Below, one piece after another: positions 1-13,730 of a DNA stretch of 64,000 nucleotides. The stretch covers positions 1 to 64,000 of the forward strand of contig JAUGWO010000005.1 of NCBI GenBank assembly GCA_049724395.1, read 5' to 3'. The notes beneath the pieces are model-generated. The model was not told the origin of the DNA and ran no database searches. It saw only the letters and a list, made by a program, of their open reading frames with translations. Positions within the stretch are counted from its first letter, which is position 1. Every line of letters starts with the position of its first letter. Both the position numbers and the translations under genes were made by a program. The stretch comes from Spongospora subterranea f. sp. subterranea. Its lineage: Eukaryota.

Positions 1-759
1 TTGAAGAACTCCAAGAGGAGCTGGCTCTCAGATTTCCCGAACTGACGAATATATCGTCTGCGACAATTTACAGCCCTGGCATGATCTTAAAGTGTCCAGA
101 AGCATGGAAAAGCGCGCTCGCGAGAGCGTTCCTGAACAGCTCAGAGAATTTTATCAGAAGCTGCGCGAATCTATTCATATCCTGAGCAACTAGTTTTCCT
201 GGACGAAACGAGCAAAGACGGTCGCGACTGTTTGCGTCGTCATGGATGGTCTAGGATCAATACGCCAGCTCTAGTACGCCAACCGTTTCAACGAGGGAAC
301 AGAGTCTCTGTTTTCGCCGCGTTTGATGCAAAAGGGATTTTTCTCTGGAAATGCACCGAAGGGACGTTCAATCGCCAGAAGTTCCATGATGCTTTCCTGG
401 AAATCGTCGCTCCGAAGTTGAATCCGTGGCCACTTCCAAGGAGCATTGTTATCTTAGATAATGCACAGATCCATATGTATCGGGAATTGGAACAGGTCAT
501 ACACAGATCAGGCGCGAAACTCATGTTCCTGCCTCCTTATTCGCCACAGTTGAACCCTATCGAGCAAGGTTTTGCACTTTTAAAGCAGTGGCTCAAGAAA
601 CATGCTGATCTGACGTTCAGGGTTTGCCCTGAGGCTGTTCTAAAAGTGGCTATGCCAATGTGTATGAAGAATCTAAGACATATTGGTCATAATTTTTACA
701 ATTCCTGTGGGTACGGTCACACTGAGCTAAATAAAGAAATGTTTGGGGTCTATCTTTAA
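1..759 (+). mobile_element. IS630/Tc1-like DD34E transposase (DDE_3); 5' part frameshifted and running off the window start
   Basis: Motifs FLDETSKD (about 196-220), ILDNAQIH and LPPYSPQLNPIE, with 34 residues between the second D and the E. Upstream HTH-like fragments (LEELQEEL..., EKRARESVPEQLREFYQKL) lie in shifting frames. Confidence 0.9.
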
Positions 760-1616
760 TTTTCGTCGTCCGATAGGACATGATCGACGTCGTTAAGGTC
801 TTGTCCGACAACTGCCGGAACGGGTTCGTCGGAATGAAATATATCGTTTCCGAACAACGGATATGGTGGCAAACCCAGGGCGGATCGAAGGCTTGCGATA
901 TTCACCTCCACAGTGACAAGTTCAGTCCTATTGACCCGCAACACGATTTGGGCGAATTCGTCCGCATCCTGATTTTCAAGTGAACTTCTGAGGTAGTCCA
1001 ATCGCATCGCCTGCCGGAATGTGTTGCTGGCCGGCAATTGCTCGACTGGTTCAGGATTGACAGCTCGCGCCCTGGTCCTCGACCAAATATTCGTCGCTAT
1101 CTCGCCAATTACGGCTCGATCAGGAAGACTGGGAGGGTTTGCCTGGATGGCAGCAACGATTTCTTCTGTTGCCAGACGGACCCTGCCTATGGTCGCCCTT
1201 CGCAAACCAGAAGGGTTTGTTGATCCCGAATTTCTTACAGACGCCTGTTCGGAAATAAAAACGACCAGTGGAATGAGGACGTTTTCGGGCGACAATCGCT
1301 GACGAATCACTGATTGTGCATATACGCGTCGAACAGTCACGTCGAAATTGTCTTCAGAAAGGTCGATGAACCTGCTTTGGGGTGCTTGGACAGCAGGTTT
1401 GATTTTCAGTTTGATTTCATCAGGAACACTCGACCTGGGAAGATGTATTCGTAAGTGGCGAACAATGATGGCGTGCAGAACGCAAAATCCTAGTGACAGA
1501 GTCCATTGAATACTATCAGTTTCTGCAGCAGCATGATGGTGCCGTCTGCTGATAGTATCATCTCCCTTGAAAACGGTCAAGGATGCGGTCAAATTGTCGG
1601 GGACGGTCTCGTCCAT
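756..1616 (-). CDS. Intronless 286-aa hypothetical protein convergent on the transposase; probable accessory ORF of the same element
   Basis: Uninterrupted ATG-started ORF whose stop codon overlaps the transposase stop (756-759). It lacks the short introns seen in most host genes here. Confidence 0.6.
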   Translation of the reverse strand: MDETVPDNLTASLTVFKGDDTISRRHHHAAAETDSIQWTLSLGFCVLHAIIVRHLRIHLPRSSVPDEIKLKIKPAVQAPQSRFIDLSEDNFDVTVRRVYAQSVIRQRLSPENVLIPLVVFISEQASVRNSGSTNPSGLRRATIGRVRLATEEIVAAIQANPPSLPDRAVIGEIATNIWSRTRARAVNPEPVEQLPASNTFRQAMRLDYLRSSLENQDADEFAQIVLRVNRTELVTVEVNIASLRSALGLPPYPLFGNDIFHSDEPVPAVVGQDLNDVDHVLSDDEN

Positions 1617-3281
1617 TTGGCGATGAATGACTTATGACATGCAGAGTAGAATAAACAGATAACGTCAACTGTGATTGACTCATGCTTCCCACGTCATTCA
1701 TTGTCAAATGACCGAGGCCATCCCAAAACTACAACCGCAAAGATACCGTTTTCAAAGGAGATTTAGACGACAACATTGCTGCTGCAGATATTGAATAGTA
1801 TTCAATGCATGTTATGACTTGATTATGACGTGTTGTGCGCTATTATCATTCGTGATGTAATAAATAACACATTTCCCACGAGTGTTTTAATGAAACAAGA
1901 TTAAAATTCGTCTCCAAAGACGTCTCGATTCTGGAACGGGCCAACCACCAGCTCTAATGGTAGTTCTTGATTAAAAAATCCGTGGTGAGCCATGTTTAAG
2001 GAAACTGCGGACCGGGTTTTATATACTCCTCAGACTGTCCATTTTTAGTGAAATCCACAATATTTACTCTATATAAAAGTACCCGGTTCGGTTCAACCAG
2101 TTGATGTTTGCTCTAACTGTACTCTAACTTTCATTCCATGCATCGCGTTTAAATTTGTTCGTAAATTTATTCATCTTTGAATGGCTGAATGGCATTTGAA
2201 ATTTGGCAGAGTCTCGATTGATTCTGCGGCTGATTGAGCAACCTTCCGGGTCCTCGTTTTCTCCGTTTAGGGGGTTGGGCTGCAGAAATGTCGCCGATTA
2301 TATTCGCTTGATCTATTGCCTGCAAGACACAACACAAGTACATTTTCCAGTTTCTTCCGCTCCAGATTTCGTAGAACAACGAAGTACCCTAAAACCCTAA
2401 ATTCACATCCCTAAAACCAATTCAATTGGTACATCTCTAGCTTCTCTCTTTTTCTTTTTTCGTTTGCTGAGGAAGAGTCACACCACAATGGAAAAAAGCG
2501 AAGGGATAACGTAAGAATGCGGGACACTAAACAAAGGAGAACAAAAGCAAGAATGAATTTTATTATTTGATACTAATTGAAAAGACACGAGACCAGTACG
2601 GTATCGATCAATCGCTTGGGTTTGAGGTAGATATTAAGTATAGGAACTAATTGGAAGTGAATTGGTTTTACCCTCTTTTGGACAGTTCTCACAAAGGTAC
2701 CGAAAAGTTCTTGCGAACTGTAAATGAAGCGAATTTAACGAGTTGAATAAGAAAGTGTTTATTTCGGGATATTTAGATACACATAAACCTGTTTGTTTAG
2801 CACGGAGTGGACGTCATCGCCGTGTTAACAGAATTTTGATCACTTTTACATTTTCAAATGGGCCCGGCTGGCACTGCCAAGCTATAGCGACAGACCAAAT
2901 CCTGGCACTGCCAAATCTACAACCTCCTTAACAAAGATACTGTAGCGACAGACCAGATCCTGGACGCGGCGGTCAATGAAACCTGCTCCTCTGCCCCTGG
3001 AACAATAGCTCCCGGTCGCCTGGCGGTTGACCCATGTCATAAGTGTACACTGTACATGTTATACACCACTGTGCCAGTCAAGGTTATTCCACTAATATTC
3101 CGTTCCAGTCGTGAAATGTCCGCAGCGGACCTGTGGCGCTACTCTGAGTTGGGAATGGCCTGTGGTGTGGCCTCTTCACCATATTCTAGTGTAGCACCGG
3201 GCTCTCATTAGTCTCAAATCGCTTTCGTATCGATCATCACCCGCCGAACTACATCGAACCCTAATCTACTAATCGTGACAA

Positions 3282-3903
3282 ATGGCGTAAGGCATCGTCG
3301 TACCTATCGCTATAATATATACCTCACTGATCATTGGCCATTCACAGCGCCGAACCCAAAGTTCCGTCATTATTATGGGGCCAAGATGCTGAACGAGTCT
3401 ACGCCACGATCAATGTTGCAGATGTTCAGTCCGCTGATGTGCAGTTCGAGGAGACCAAAATGACCTTTTCTGGATCGAAGTCGGAACGGTCGAGCGACTC
3501 GCAGGACTATTACATGAGTGTTGAGCTGGCCGAACCCATTGACGTATCCGGTTGCACCTGGGCCATTCACGGTCTAAACGTACAAATTGTGATGGCCAAA
3601 AAGGAGCGCGGATCATGGTCACAATTTGCCAAAGACCCCAAGAAATGGAAAGCTCACGTCTCCGTCGACTGGAACAAATACAAATCGGTCGACTCTGACG
3701 ACGACGAAGAGGTCCCTGGACGGCTCGACGACATGAAGGACATCATGGGCGGCATGGGTGGTATGGGTGGTATGGGCGGAATGGATTTCGCCTCCATGAT
3801 GAAGAACAGTGGAGGTGCCGGCGGATTCGCCCCTGAAGAGGAAGACAGCGACGACGATGCTTTACCCGAATTGGAGTCTGATGTTCCTGTTCAATCGTCG
3901 TAA
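3282..3903 (+). CDS. SBA1: HSP90 co-chaperone p23/Sba1 (CS domain, acidic and GM-rich tail)
   Basis: ATG GC|GTAAG..TTCACAG intron (3287-3347) joins in frame to PSLLWGQ...HVSVDWNKY-DSDDDEE and a GGMGGM tail, all typical of p23. Confidence 0.9.
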
Positions 3904-4096
3904 TTCTGCCACAACCTTCCGTTTTTTCCTGTCATATCAATTTGTGCTTTTTAAAAGTCATAAACAGTACAGTTCGTCGTATTCAATCACTATTCAGGTC
4001 TCGCCAATGACCGGTGTGTTTTCAAATACCGCTTCTCTACAACGTTATACTGTAAAACAAACCCGATCTGTGTTTATCTGCGATGAATCAATCTTT

Positions 4097-4742
4097 TTAT
4101 ACTGACAATGCGACTGTTATCGCCAATATGAACACGATCGCGAACGATTGTCCGAATGCAGATGATGACGGCGGTTTGGTTGTTGTTTGCGTTTGTCGGC
4201 CAACCCCTGGAGCTGTCGTTGTCGCTCCTTGATTATTGGGCAGCGTTGCTGGGGCGCTGGTTCCCAGCGCCGGGCGCGGTTGATCGTTGAAATTCTGGAA
4301 CATCGTGCACGGATCGAACCCGCCCTTGAACGCACAGTAGTGGCCATGGAAATGCGATTCGTCGCAGCATAAGCTGCCGGTCGGGAACCCAGCCAAAGCG
4401 CCATCGCATTGGCCATTCGACGTGAGACAGGTTCCGAATGGCCCTTCTGCCCAATGGAACGGTCCCGTCCAATTGGAGTACGCCGGATCCGATACCAATC
4501 CACATGTTCCGAAATCGGAACACCAATACCCGACATCACATCCTGAGACGATCAACAACAACCGCAATCAACGAATCGGAAAACATTTCGGGACGCTGGA
4601 TTGGAAATGGGCTCTGACCTGCGTTCTCGAAGAACGGCCCACAACGGCCGTCAACACGAGATGGTTTACTGGTGTAGGTGTGATATAATCCCTGAGAATA
4701 TACCAGATGGGTGAGGGAGATGGCGATAATCACCGGCAGCAT
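4097..4742 (-). CDS. Secreted hevein/CBM18 chitin-binding, Cys-rich protein with a Thr-rich stalk and hydrophobic C-terminus (GPI-like)
   Basis: Signal-like MLPVIIAISLTHLVYSQ. Removing intron 4543-4618 gives DGRCGPFFENAGCDVGYWCSDFGTCG. A second Cys cluster, a TTT-rich linker and the C-terminal FAIVFILAITVALSV follow. Confidence 0.75.
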
Positions 4743-6108
4743 TGTCTGAGAGAAAGGTGAGGGGCGAGAGGAATATGGATGATTGGGTTTCTGAGCCAAT
4801 TTCAGGGGGGGATCAGGAACTGGACCATTGAGGTGGGCACACGCCACCCTCATCACCTTGTCTAGGGGGAAACCCTCGTACCCTAATATTACCAACTATT
4901 ACACCCAACGTCAATCGATGTGTATTTCTTGCTCGGGTATTGGCTATTTTCTTTGATCAAGGTTGAGGTTTAGTTGTGTCATCGTTTTCATTTGTGGGGG
5001 GTGTTGCGAAGTTGGTGTCGATCAGTGTCGATCATGACTCGTTCTCTCTCTGACCAATCGACACGGGTTACAGATGAGCTTTCTCGTTCATTTATCACCG
5101 AATCCGGTTGGTGTGAAGATCGATCAAGGAACCAATCATTAAGATCATGAAACGGTGTTCGAGGGGATGATGATCAGATGGCCCGAACATGTTCATGCCC
5201 CAAATTATCCCTAATTAATCCATGTAGATTATTAACCCGATCTCTAATTCTATGATATTGTCGATATAAAAATCATTGGCCTACTCAGAACGGCGATTTG
5301 TTTTTTTGGGCCGAAATCAACGAGAAACGGGTCGGTATTGAGTCAATAGAAGTGAGAGCGTGCCCCCCTAGGTTTCTCCCTCCCCCAATCACCCCCCGAC
5401 AACCACATCTGCAATCCTTGGTCAGAAAGATCACCGAGATCGTTCCCCTCCCCATCGGTTTCACTCGCGCTCGAAGCGGTTGATTGCCTCCGAAATGTGT
5501 ATCAGATCGGTGTGCCCAAGGTGCACACATTATACTTGGGAAGGTCCATTTTCCACATCCTATTGATGTTCCCCCAAATCCCAAAAATGTCGCCCATTTA
5601 GGGTGCGTCGTGATGGTCCTTCAAAGCACCGATCCGGGCGGCGGTCGGGAAACGGTCGACGATAAGACAACAGCACATGGTCGTGATGTTCTACGCCATG
5701 TCCCACCCGCTCAGCGATGCCAGTGCGATCGACTACTGCGATCGCCATCGCCGTTGGAGCGATCCGTTCCCGATCGTAAAATCAATCGTATGGCGGCGTT
5801 CCCTAGGATCATATTCACTGATGAACAGCTGTTAGAACTTATTGATAAATAGATCTCAAAAATTCAGCCCATTCGGATCAGGAAATGCAAATCGCAAGAA
5901 TCGTATTGATCTCCTTTACAATCTCGGCCAATATTAGGAGTCCAATCGACACAAGTCGCCTCAAATTACTGTCTGTTGAACACAAGTGTGACAACGCCAT
6001 GACTATATGGAGATGGGGAAGCATTTATTGCTGATGGTCGGGAAATCCGCTGCGCCACATTGATCTCCCCCTTGACCCAGGACACAAATAGGAAGGGAAA
6101 GGGGCGAG

Positions 6109-9100
6109 ATGGCGCTATCGAGTACCGATCACGATCGATCACCGATGATGGAGCTATACGGCCGTCTCCCTTCATTTACTCATCCAATGGTGCAACAACA
6201 GGATCCATCACGATCGTCATCGCGATCGTCGTCCACCCATCCCATCACGCCACGACACGCCCATTTCCTCAGAAGCGCCTCCCGATTGCAGAGCGCGCGG
6301 GCGGATCGGAACGGGGAACGGGGCGGCGCCGATCACGATCTGGCGGGAACCCATCAGATCTACAGGAACCATATACTGGGGCGAATTCCGGGGATCAGGC
6401 CAATCTCGCCAGAGCGTTCAATAAGTTCGATCTTTCACGAACGGGGCAAATCGATTACGAGTCGTTTCGCGACGCCATCAAACTATCGGGTTTGGAACAG
6501 TTCAACGAAGATCAGGTCAGTGAACCAGTGATTCCATCGAAATTGCTCGACCGTTGTCGAAGTTGTGTCGACCCGTTCTGGTTAAACGTTCCGCCAACGA
6601 CGTGGGGTTGCGCAGATATTAGCGCTGTTCCATATATACGATGGCGATCGCAAAGGGTTCATCAGCGTGTCGGATTTCATGGCGGGAATATCGGATCCGG
6701 TCGGGTCGATCGAGTTCGCCAATGGATCGGATCGCCCCCACTTCCCGCACGTCGGTGACACCTGGTTTCTCGGCCCATCACGTCGCTGATCCGCACCACC
6801 CAGGTCGAGACCGCCGTTCCGGCCGATCAGCTCCAGGACGTGATCAAGACCAAGATCGGGGAAAAACGCGCCAGCAGTCACGATCTCGTCGACGCTTTCA
6901 AGTTATTCTCTCCGAATCGCAACGGCATCGTGACGCTGCCCCGATTTGAGGACGGATTGCGCCTGTTGGGAATTCAATCAACACCCGACGCAGTTGAACG
7001 CCTGTTCCGGGAGATGATCTTGTCAAATACCGACCAGACCGGCATCGATTTCAACACGTTCGTTGGCAGATTGCTCCAGCAATCGTATTCCAGCGGCGTA
7101 CGTTGAACCGGGAGCCAGATTCCAACGGCCGGTCTGATATTGGTCGTGTTTCCAGGATGGGTTTATCGGGCGATTAGAGGCATACGTCCCTCGACAAGCC
7201 CGACAAGGGAAACTCGAGATCAGGGATCTGTCCACGCATGGGTCGCCGTCCGCCGTCATCGACCTGCTCAGGGACAAGATCGAGCAGAAAGCGTCGTCGC
7301 TGTTCGCCATGCGGAAAGCGCTGAAGACGTTCGATCTGGGTCACGATCATCTTGGCAGAAACGGACCCCGAGATTGATGGTCCATTGTCTCAGATAATTC
7401 GGGCGAAATTGATCTTGCAGAATTCGAGTTGGCGTTAGGGAATCTTGGATTGAACCTAAGCCATAAGGTCAAATTTTCCACAGATCATCGCTCACCTTCA
7501 AATTCTGTTTTGAAATTCGTGGTTTTGTGCGCGATGATCGATATCGGAGCTGATTGTTGTTCTGACTCGGAACAGAACGTTCAAGACCTGTTCGAGCAAT
7601 ACTCCAATGGGCGATCGGGTATCAGCTACAACGATTTCCTGAACGACGTCCTTAGCCAAGGGTATAAAACGGAGAACGCTATCGTTCATCAGCTGGAACA
7701 CGCTTTCAAGGTAATCGGACCTGATATCCCCGTCGTTGCGCGTCATCGAATTGACCGATCGCGGCGCCACCAGATTCCTGTCCGACGACCTCGCACTGCT
7801 CCAGTTCATCGCGATCCCCATCGAATGGACGGCGCCACGTCGCTGCAGATCATCGTCAACGCCATCGGTTGGTCTCGCGGTTTCGTGAAACCCGCCAGGG
7901 AGGGATTAAGTTGCCAACGACCGCCCAGGATGTCGCCCACGAGGACTATACAACCACCTTCGCGCCTTCAAGAAATTCGATCGCGACAGCAAAGGGGAAA
8001 TACCGCGTTCGTCGTTCATTCGGCGATTGCGCCGATATCTGGGGATATCACGATCGATCCTGTCGACACAGGAGATCGTCGATGCGTTCAACGAGGTCGA
8101 TACCGACCAGAACGGTGAGTTTCGAGCACATCGCCGCTCATCATCTGTCGGGGTGACGATGGCGGTTCAGGGTGTCTGAGCCACAACGAGTTCCAAGCGA
8201 TGCTGGGTCAGGGCGAGCTCGCCGCCGTCTCTTTACCATTGCGATCCGGTCCAATCACGGCCTCAGGCCCCGATATTGGGCCGATGCTTCTCGCGAACCG
8301 ATATCGAGACGCAACACCTGCTGATCGACAAGATCAAACAGAAATGTATTGGGTATTCGGCTCTCGTCTCGCGACATTCCCGACAACAACATCGTGAAAA
8401 TTGACGATTAACACCATATCAGATTAAACGAGTTGAAGAGGTCGATCAACTTCACGTGCGCAGGTAAAAGTGAGATAGGATTTGGCGAGTTCCTGGCGTT
8501 CTGCAATCGATTGGATATTGGGTCCACCACCAACGTAAAACTCAAATCGGTGTCCGCGTTTGACGCTGGATTGACGGTGACAGAACTGGTTAGAGTGTCA
8601 GGCGATTATTCGACAAATACAAAGCGGATTCGAACTCGGAACTGATCGACTACGATCGGTTTATCGATCTGTTGATGAAGGACGGATACAATCCCAACGT
8701 AGGTTTCCGTGCGCCCGACGCCCCTTCGCTGTGAGAATCGCCAACACCCTATTAGGACGGACTAGCGGGACAGTTCGCCGAGCGCCAGCTCCATCGTGCT
8801 AAACAACCTGTGGTCAGTTCCGGAAATCAATCGACTCGCCGGTTCGTTCTTATCCTGTTCGATTTAAGTTGGACGTGACGTCATCATACGTCAACGTCGA
8901 CCAGATTCTGAAAGAGAAGTTCACGTGCAAGGCCCATGGACGCCAGAACCTGTATCGTGCCTTCCACAAATTCGATCTCGACAATTCCCGCTCCATCGAT
9001 TTCGACGAATTCTCTCGTGGGTGCAATCAGCTGGGCATATTACTCAACGCTCATGTATCAACGCTCGCCTCTGATACATCGCTGGAATTTTTCCAACCCC

Positions 9101-9716
9101 GTTGTTTTTTTATGTAATGGACAGGACCTGAAGAAGGTGTTCCAATCCTATGTTCCAGATGGCGCAAATCATCTCAACTATCACGATTTCGTCGACAGAA
9201 TTCTGGCCGATCAAGTCTCAGAGGTAGTCTGAATCATGATTACGTCCGGTTGGAAGCCTTTACTGATCGAGCAACTCGTCAAAGGGGTTGGAACTGAGAT
9301 GTTTAAGGACTCAACATGCCGCCAAACAACGACAGGACCGTATAGAGTAATCGGTTATCAGCTCCGATTTTTCCTAATATGAAGAGTTCGACAATAGGAA
9401 GACAAAGCCGAAGAAGTTAACTGATAAGGAACTAGAGAATGGATTCGATAAAGATCGACTGCGAGAACAGTTCGATGAGCTATACAATCACCAACAGAAC
9501 AGATCCGTGTCGTTTCCAGAGTTCGTTGACAATATTGGTCGGACTGATCATTATTTGACAGCAGAGGTGGAGATGTGCTGCCTTCGGGAATGAACATCAG
9601 TTACTGACTGGATGAACTAGGAATCGAGGAAGTTGTTCGAGAAGCACAGCGATGGTCAGAAGGGATCCTTACAGTACGCGACGTTTTTGAAGCGAATGAT
9701 GTCGGAAAACACATAA
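6109..9716 (+). CDS. Large multi-EF-hand calcium-binding protein (EFCAB6-like), many introns
   Basis: Repeated EF loops across exons: FNKFDLSRTGQIDYESF, FSPNRNGIVTLPRF, FHKFDLDNSRSIDFDEF. The start position is uncertain. Confidence 0.8.
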
Positions 9717-9751
9717 CTTGGAATCGGTGTATGAATATATATATTTAAAAT

Positions 9752-12700
9752 CTAAGATAAATTAAAACCAGCATTTGATCGAATAGCATATGTGAGCTTC
9801 TGTCTTAGCTGATCTAAGGAGGTATACGGGGGAAGTCTCATCATATTGACACACGTGGAGGACGTTGGAAGGGAATTGCAATCCGAATCAGAAGATTTTT
9901 GAATGCAAAGACCCGGATTGAGCGTTGAAAACCCTAGGTATTGTGTCAGAACTGAGACTATGAGATTATCAACCAATTAATACCTAATAGGGGACCCCTG
10001 GAGCAGCTGGTGAAAAAGCGCAACGTCAAGGATAAATCTTCGTCCGACATAGACTCCAATACTTGCCAAAACCAGCTGATCAGGGGATCATCAGAAGCGA
10101 ATCCTGCGATAGTTTAAAAAATGATTAGTATATTCACTCAACTTTATACACTAACGACTCATATTACCCGTATATGAAGTATGAGCTTTCATATCTCCCA
10201 AATCAATGGCTGATTTGGATCCAGATATTAGCATTTGCAGCTCATCAGGAGAGAACATTTGCAACAACTTTCTCGGAATTATCTGTCAACATTTCCGATC
10301 AAAAGCATGTAAATGACCAAAACATGTAATGAACCTGATCCAACCCCGTTAAAAACGCAGAACATTGGTAACTGATTTGCCGATTTAGCTTATAGTCGGC
10401 TAATTGATGCATAAAAGCCAGACGATTAGCCTTGGAAACAGGTATCGTCGAATCCGTGGGGGCACAGCTCAACGACCTGACCATAATTAAAAACAAACGT
10501 CAAAACGTTCAACAATTACACGTACCTGTTTTTGTCCAAGGTCATCATTGATCACACAGAAAAATAAACCCAGGTCATCAAAATCACCGTCGAAGCGCTT
10601 CAGAAACAAAAGATTTTTGGAGATTTCTGGATCCATTGATCTGAGATCGTCGATGCAGCTCGGAGCGCCGGTCAACTTTCGGAGAAAGAAATTTGCAAAC
10701 CGTGGCTCAATCTGGATTCGACTACAGAGCACCTTCCCGATGATGAGGCCAAAAAATCGTATCAATCTGAAGAGAAGAGTTTTGAATTGGTGAAACGCAT
10801 TGAGCAAAGAGCGACATACTCTAGATGGTCAACTCTACAGAAAGAAGATGCAGGAGAAGGGTAGTGCGTATGATCTTCTGTCTCCTTGAACATACCAGTG
10901 GAGGGATCGAGAAACTAAAGACCAAGACTAAACAATACTGATTTGATTCGGATTTACTACCAAATAAACCTGTTTGCAGAAAACATTCACGAACTCTTTC
11001 CACAGACCTCCTCCATCTATTCCGTGTTCAGGAAGCCCGAAATCATCTACGAATCGTATCTAGTAATAGGCATGAATGAAAAGTAACGAGAATGTCTCAG
11101 ATCCATACCCTGATGCGACCTTGAATGTTAGCGCCAATCGCCGAAAGTTGGGTAAAGGCATCTTCAACAACACAATCCCTCCTGATACGAATACTTGCAC
11201 CATGGTGGTAATATGGATCATTAAGTTCCTGAAGAGCAGATGGTTAAGTATATTGCATTGAGAGCTTCCAATGGGCCATGTGTATTACCGCATTGATGCT
11301 TTGGTAAAAAATCTGAACTCGATTTTGAAAAGGAACGATGAGCGGAACTTCTTTTAAAATCGTCATGCACCTGATAGAGCTAACTTGGCTGCCAGTTGAT
11401 GACGGTATATCGGCAAATCCTGAAGACAGAGGCTTTACAAGTTTAGTGATCTAACATGAAGGAACAGTCAGAAATATCATCTGGCACCTGAAGTGACCGT
11501 GGAAGCTCGGCTTCAAGATTGGAACGGGTTTGCTGATCCATAACAAATATATCTTTGGCGGCAAATGGCTTCCTGGATTGTCGATCCCTAAGCTGCTGGA
11601 ATGTTGCGGCAGCTGCAGAACGCTGATACAATGCCCATGGCTGCATGCGAGCAACAGCTTCGTCAGTCCAGTAAAGCTTGACCAGCGTCACTAGGGCTTG
11701 TCAGACAAAATAATTTACAACGAAGAAACGACGGATGCGATTACCGCGCAAAGCAACGACAATTTCGACGACGTCCTTTAGTGGGAGTGGATATTCCTGT
11801 ACGTAGAATTCATCATCGTCAATGACTCGAAGATAATGACTATAGGAAAGGCAGAATAGTGTTAACGACGGGGAGTTCTCCTCAAACCACTGCATAGCCA
11901 ATAAATCAAACAACAACATGGGGCCATTAACTTGACACTGGCACCTTTAAGTCGAGATCTTGAAAGTGAGTTTGACGCAGCGGTTCCCACAACAATCTTA
12001 CGATCGGAGTACCAAAAGTAATGGCACTAAGAATGTCACGCTGAGCACTCTTCCACCCTCGCAACACCTCATATAAAAGCTTAGTGATAGCAAGATATCC
12101 GGTGTCATCCCTCTTGCGCTATTCAAAAATCAGTCACAATTCATCACAGATGCTTGCCGGCAAACATACTGAATCGCGAATGTTGTTGACAATGGCATTG
12201 AGAAATTTGCGGTCAACAAGCAATGATAATTGCTGTCCTAAATAAGACGGCATACTATCAACAAAAAATTCCCCATTATCTATTTCGTCTTCGTCATCAG
12301 AGTCTGTTGGCGCGTTCACCGGAAAAATGTTCTAAGATAGCGCAATTATTCAGCTGGAAAATCACGAGTAATTAAATACCTTTGGCGCATTTGTCAAAAT
12401 GGTGGATAGAGCAGCAAACAGCAGAGGATCAAGCTTTTCAGATTCAAAAAAAGGTGCAGAAACTTGAAGGATGTTGCCCATTAGCCAACCTTGTAAATGG
12501 ATAAGTCGCGAAACAAACATGAACAAAAACCCTCACCAATGGCAGGGTAACCCGGGTTCCCAGAGTCAGCGTAAAGCGAAGAAATTTCTGAAAGAATTGC
12601 CCCTCTTTCATCGATTATGGCCTGATAGAACATCCGAAGAATTTGAGGCGAAACTCATTGTTCTGGTCACAACTTGAAACGCAATACTAAAGCGGCATTT

Positions 12701-13730
12701 TGGAATAAACAAAAAAAAAAGCGAAAATTGTGCACAAGACAGTCCTCACCGATCAATCAACGCAGGAATGGTCAAAATGTCTCGAACAAAAATAGACGTA
12801 TATGGATCAGAAGCAAACTTCAGACAGGATTTGACCAATAGCATATTGATATTGGATAAATCGGGCGAAATTGACGCTGAATTTCCTAGTGGGAACTGTT
12901 GACAGCATAAGCATATAATTTACGTTAGATTGGCGTTATTACATTTGAAAAAATTGACAATCGAAACTCCAGCACCGCGCGAGCTTGCTTCGCAGCGAAA
13001 TCGATGATTTGCCTCGAGCAGAGCACACCTCGGGCAAAGGTGACTGGCCAATACTCGGGGTGAAAAATCAAAAACACTGCAGTAATAAGTATAGGAACGC
13101 CAGAGCTGAAAAGTATTTTAAGATCAACAAATAATAATTGGGAAATATGCAAACCTTAACAGCGGCAAAACCATTTTTATGAGACAGCTCATTTGCCAGA
13201 CCCAAACCTGAGATGAGGCATCTGCCTCCAGCAATGAACAATAGTTGTAGCGATGATCTAACGTTCAATTACTACAAATACCCCTGCCTCAACCGAGCAA
13301 TTTGAACAAACCCGAATTTCGAAACGAAGCCACCACCAATTCGCATAGATGCAACAGCCTCGTATAATCCATAGAAGGATTGTAGAAGAAATTGATTCTG
13401 GTCAGCAGCAATCTGAGACAATCGACATCAGGACTGGTTTGCCGCTGTGTCGCTACATCGAATTCAGCTCGTTGCAAAGCCTTAGATAGACGACGAATGC
13501 GATGGGACCGATATACTGCCTGTAGACCCGGAAATTATCAATCCACTCAGCAACCATAAAAATAAAAGCAATACTTGGATTTTAACGGAGCTTAATCCCG
13601 ATTTCCTCTCCTTATCTCTAGCAATGCGGAGAAGCCTGGCTTTCTCCAATAAATCTTGCCGGGCGACTATTTCGAAAGCGAACAGCCAGGTATCAGCAGT
13701 TGAAAATCTATTTCCGGACGCGCATACCAT
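9752..13730 (-). CDS. HECT E3 ubiquitin ligase, UBE3B/UBE3C (UPL6/7) type
   Basis: C-terminal LPTSSTCVNMMRLPPY...KLTYAIRSNAGFNLS (catalytic Cys), FFGLIIGK, DDLRSMDPEISKNL, and N-terminal RQDLLEKARLLR...KIQ (IQ-like). Multi-exon. Confidence 0.9.

Noticed and set aside
756..1616. Fanzor/TnpB nuclease next to the IS630 transposase
   Set aside because: No recognisable RuvC D-E-D motifs or CxxC zinc finger, and the protein is too short.
2011..2087. Small imperfect inverted repeat ACCGGG-TTTTATATA / TATATAAAAGTACCCGGT
   Set aside because: Short and AT-rich; it may be a MITE remnant but cannot be supported.
2387..2420. CCCTAAAACCCTAAA as a telomere seed or telomerase RNA template
   Set aside because: Only about two repeats, and too little sequence before the downstream T-run to hold a telomerase RNA core.
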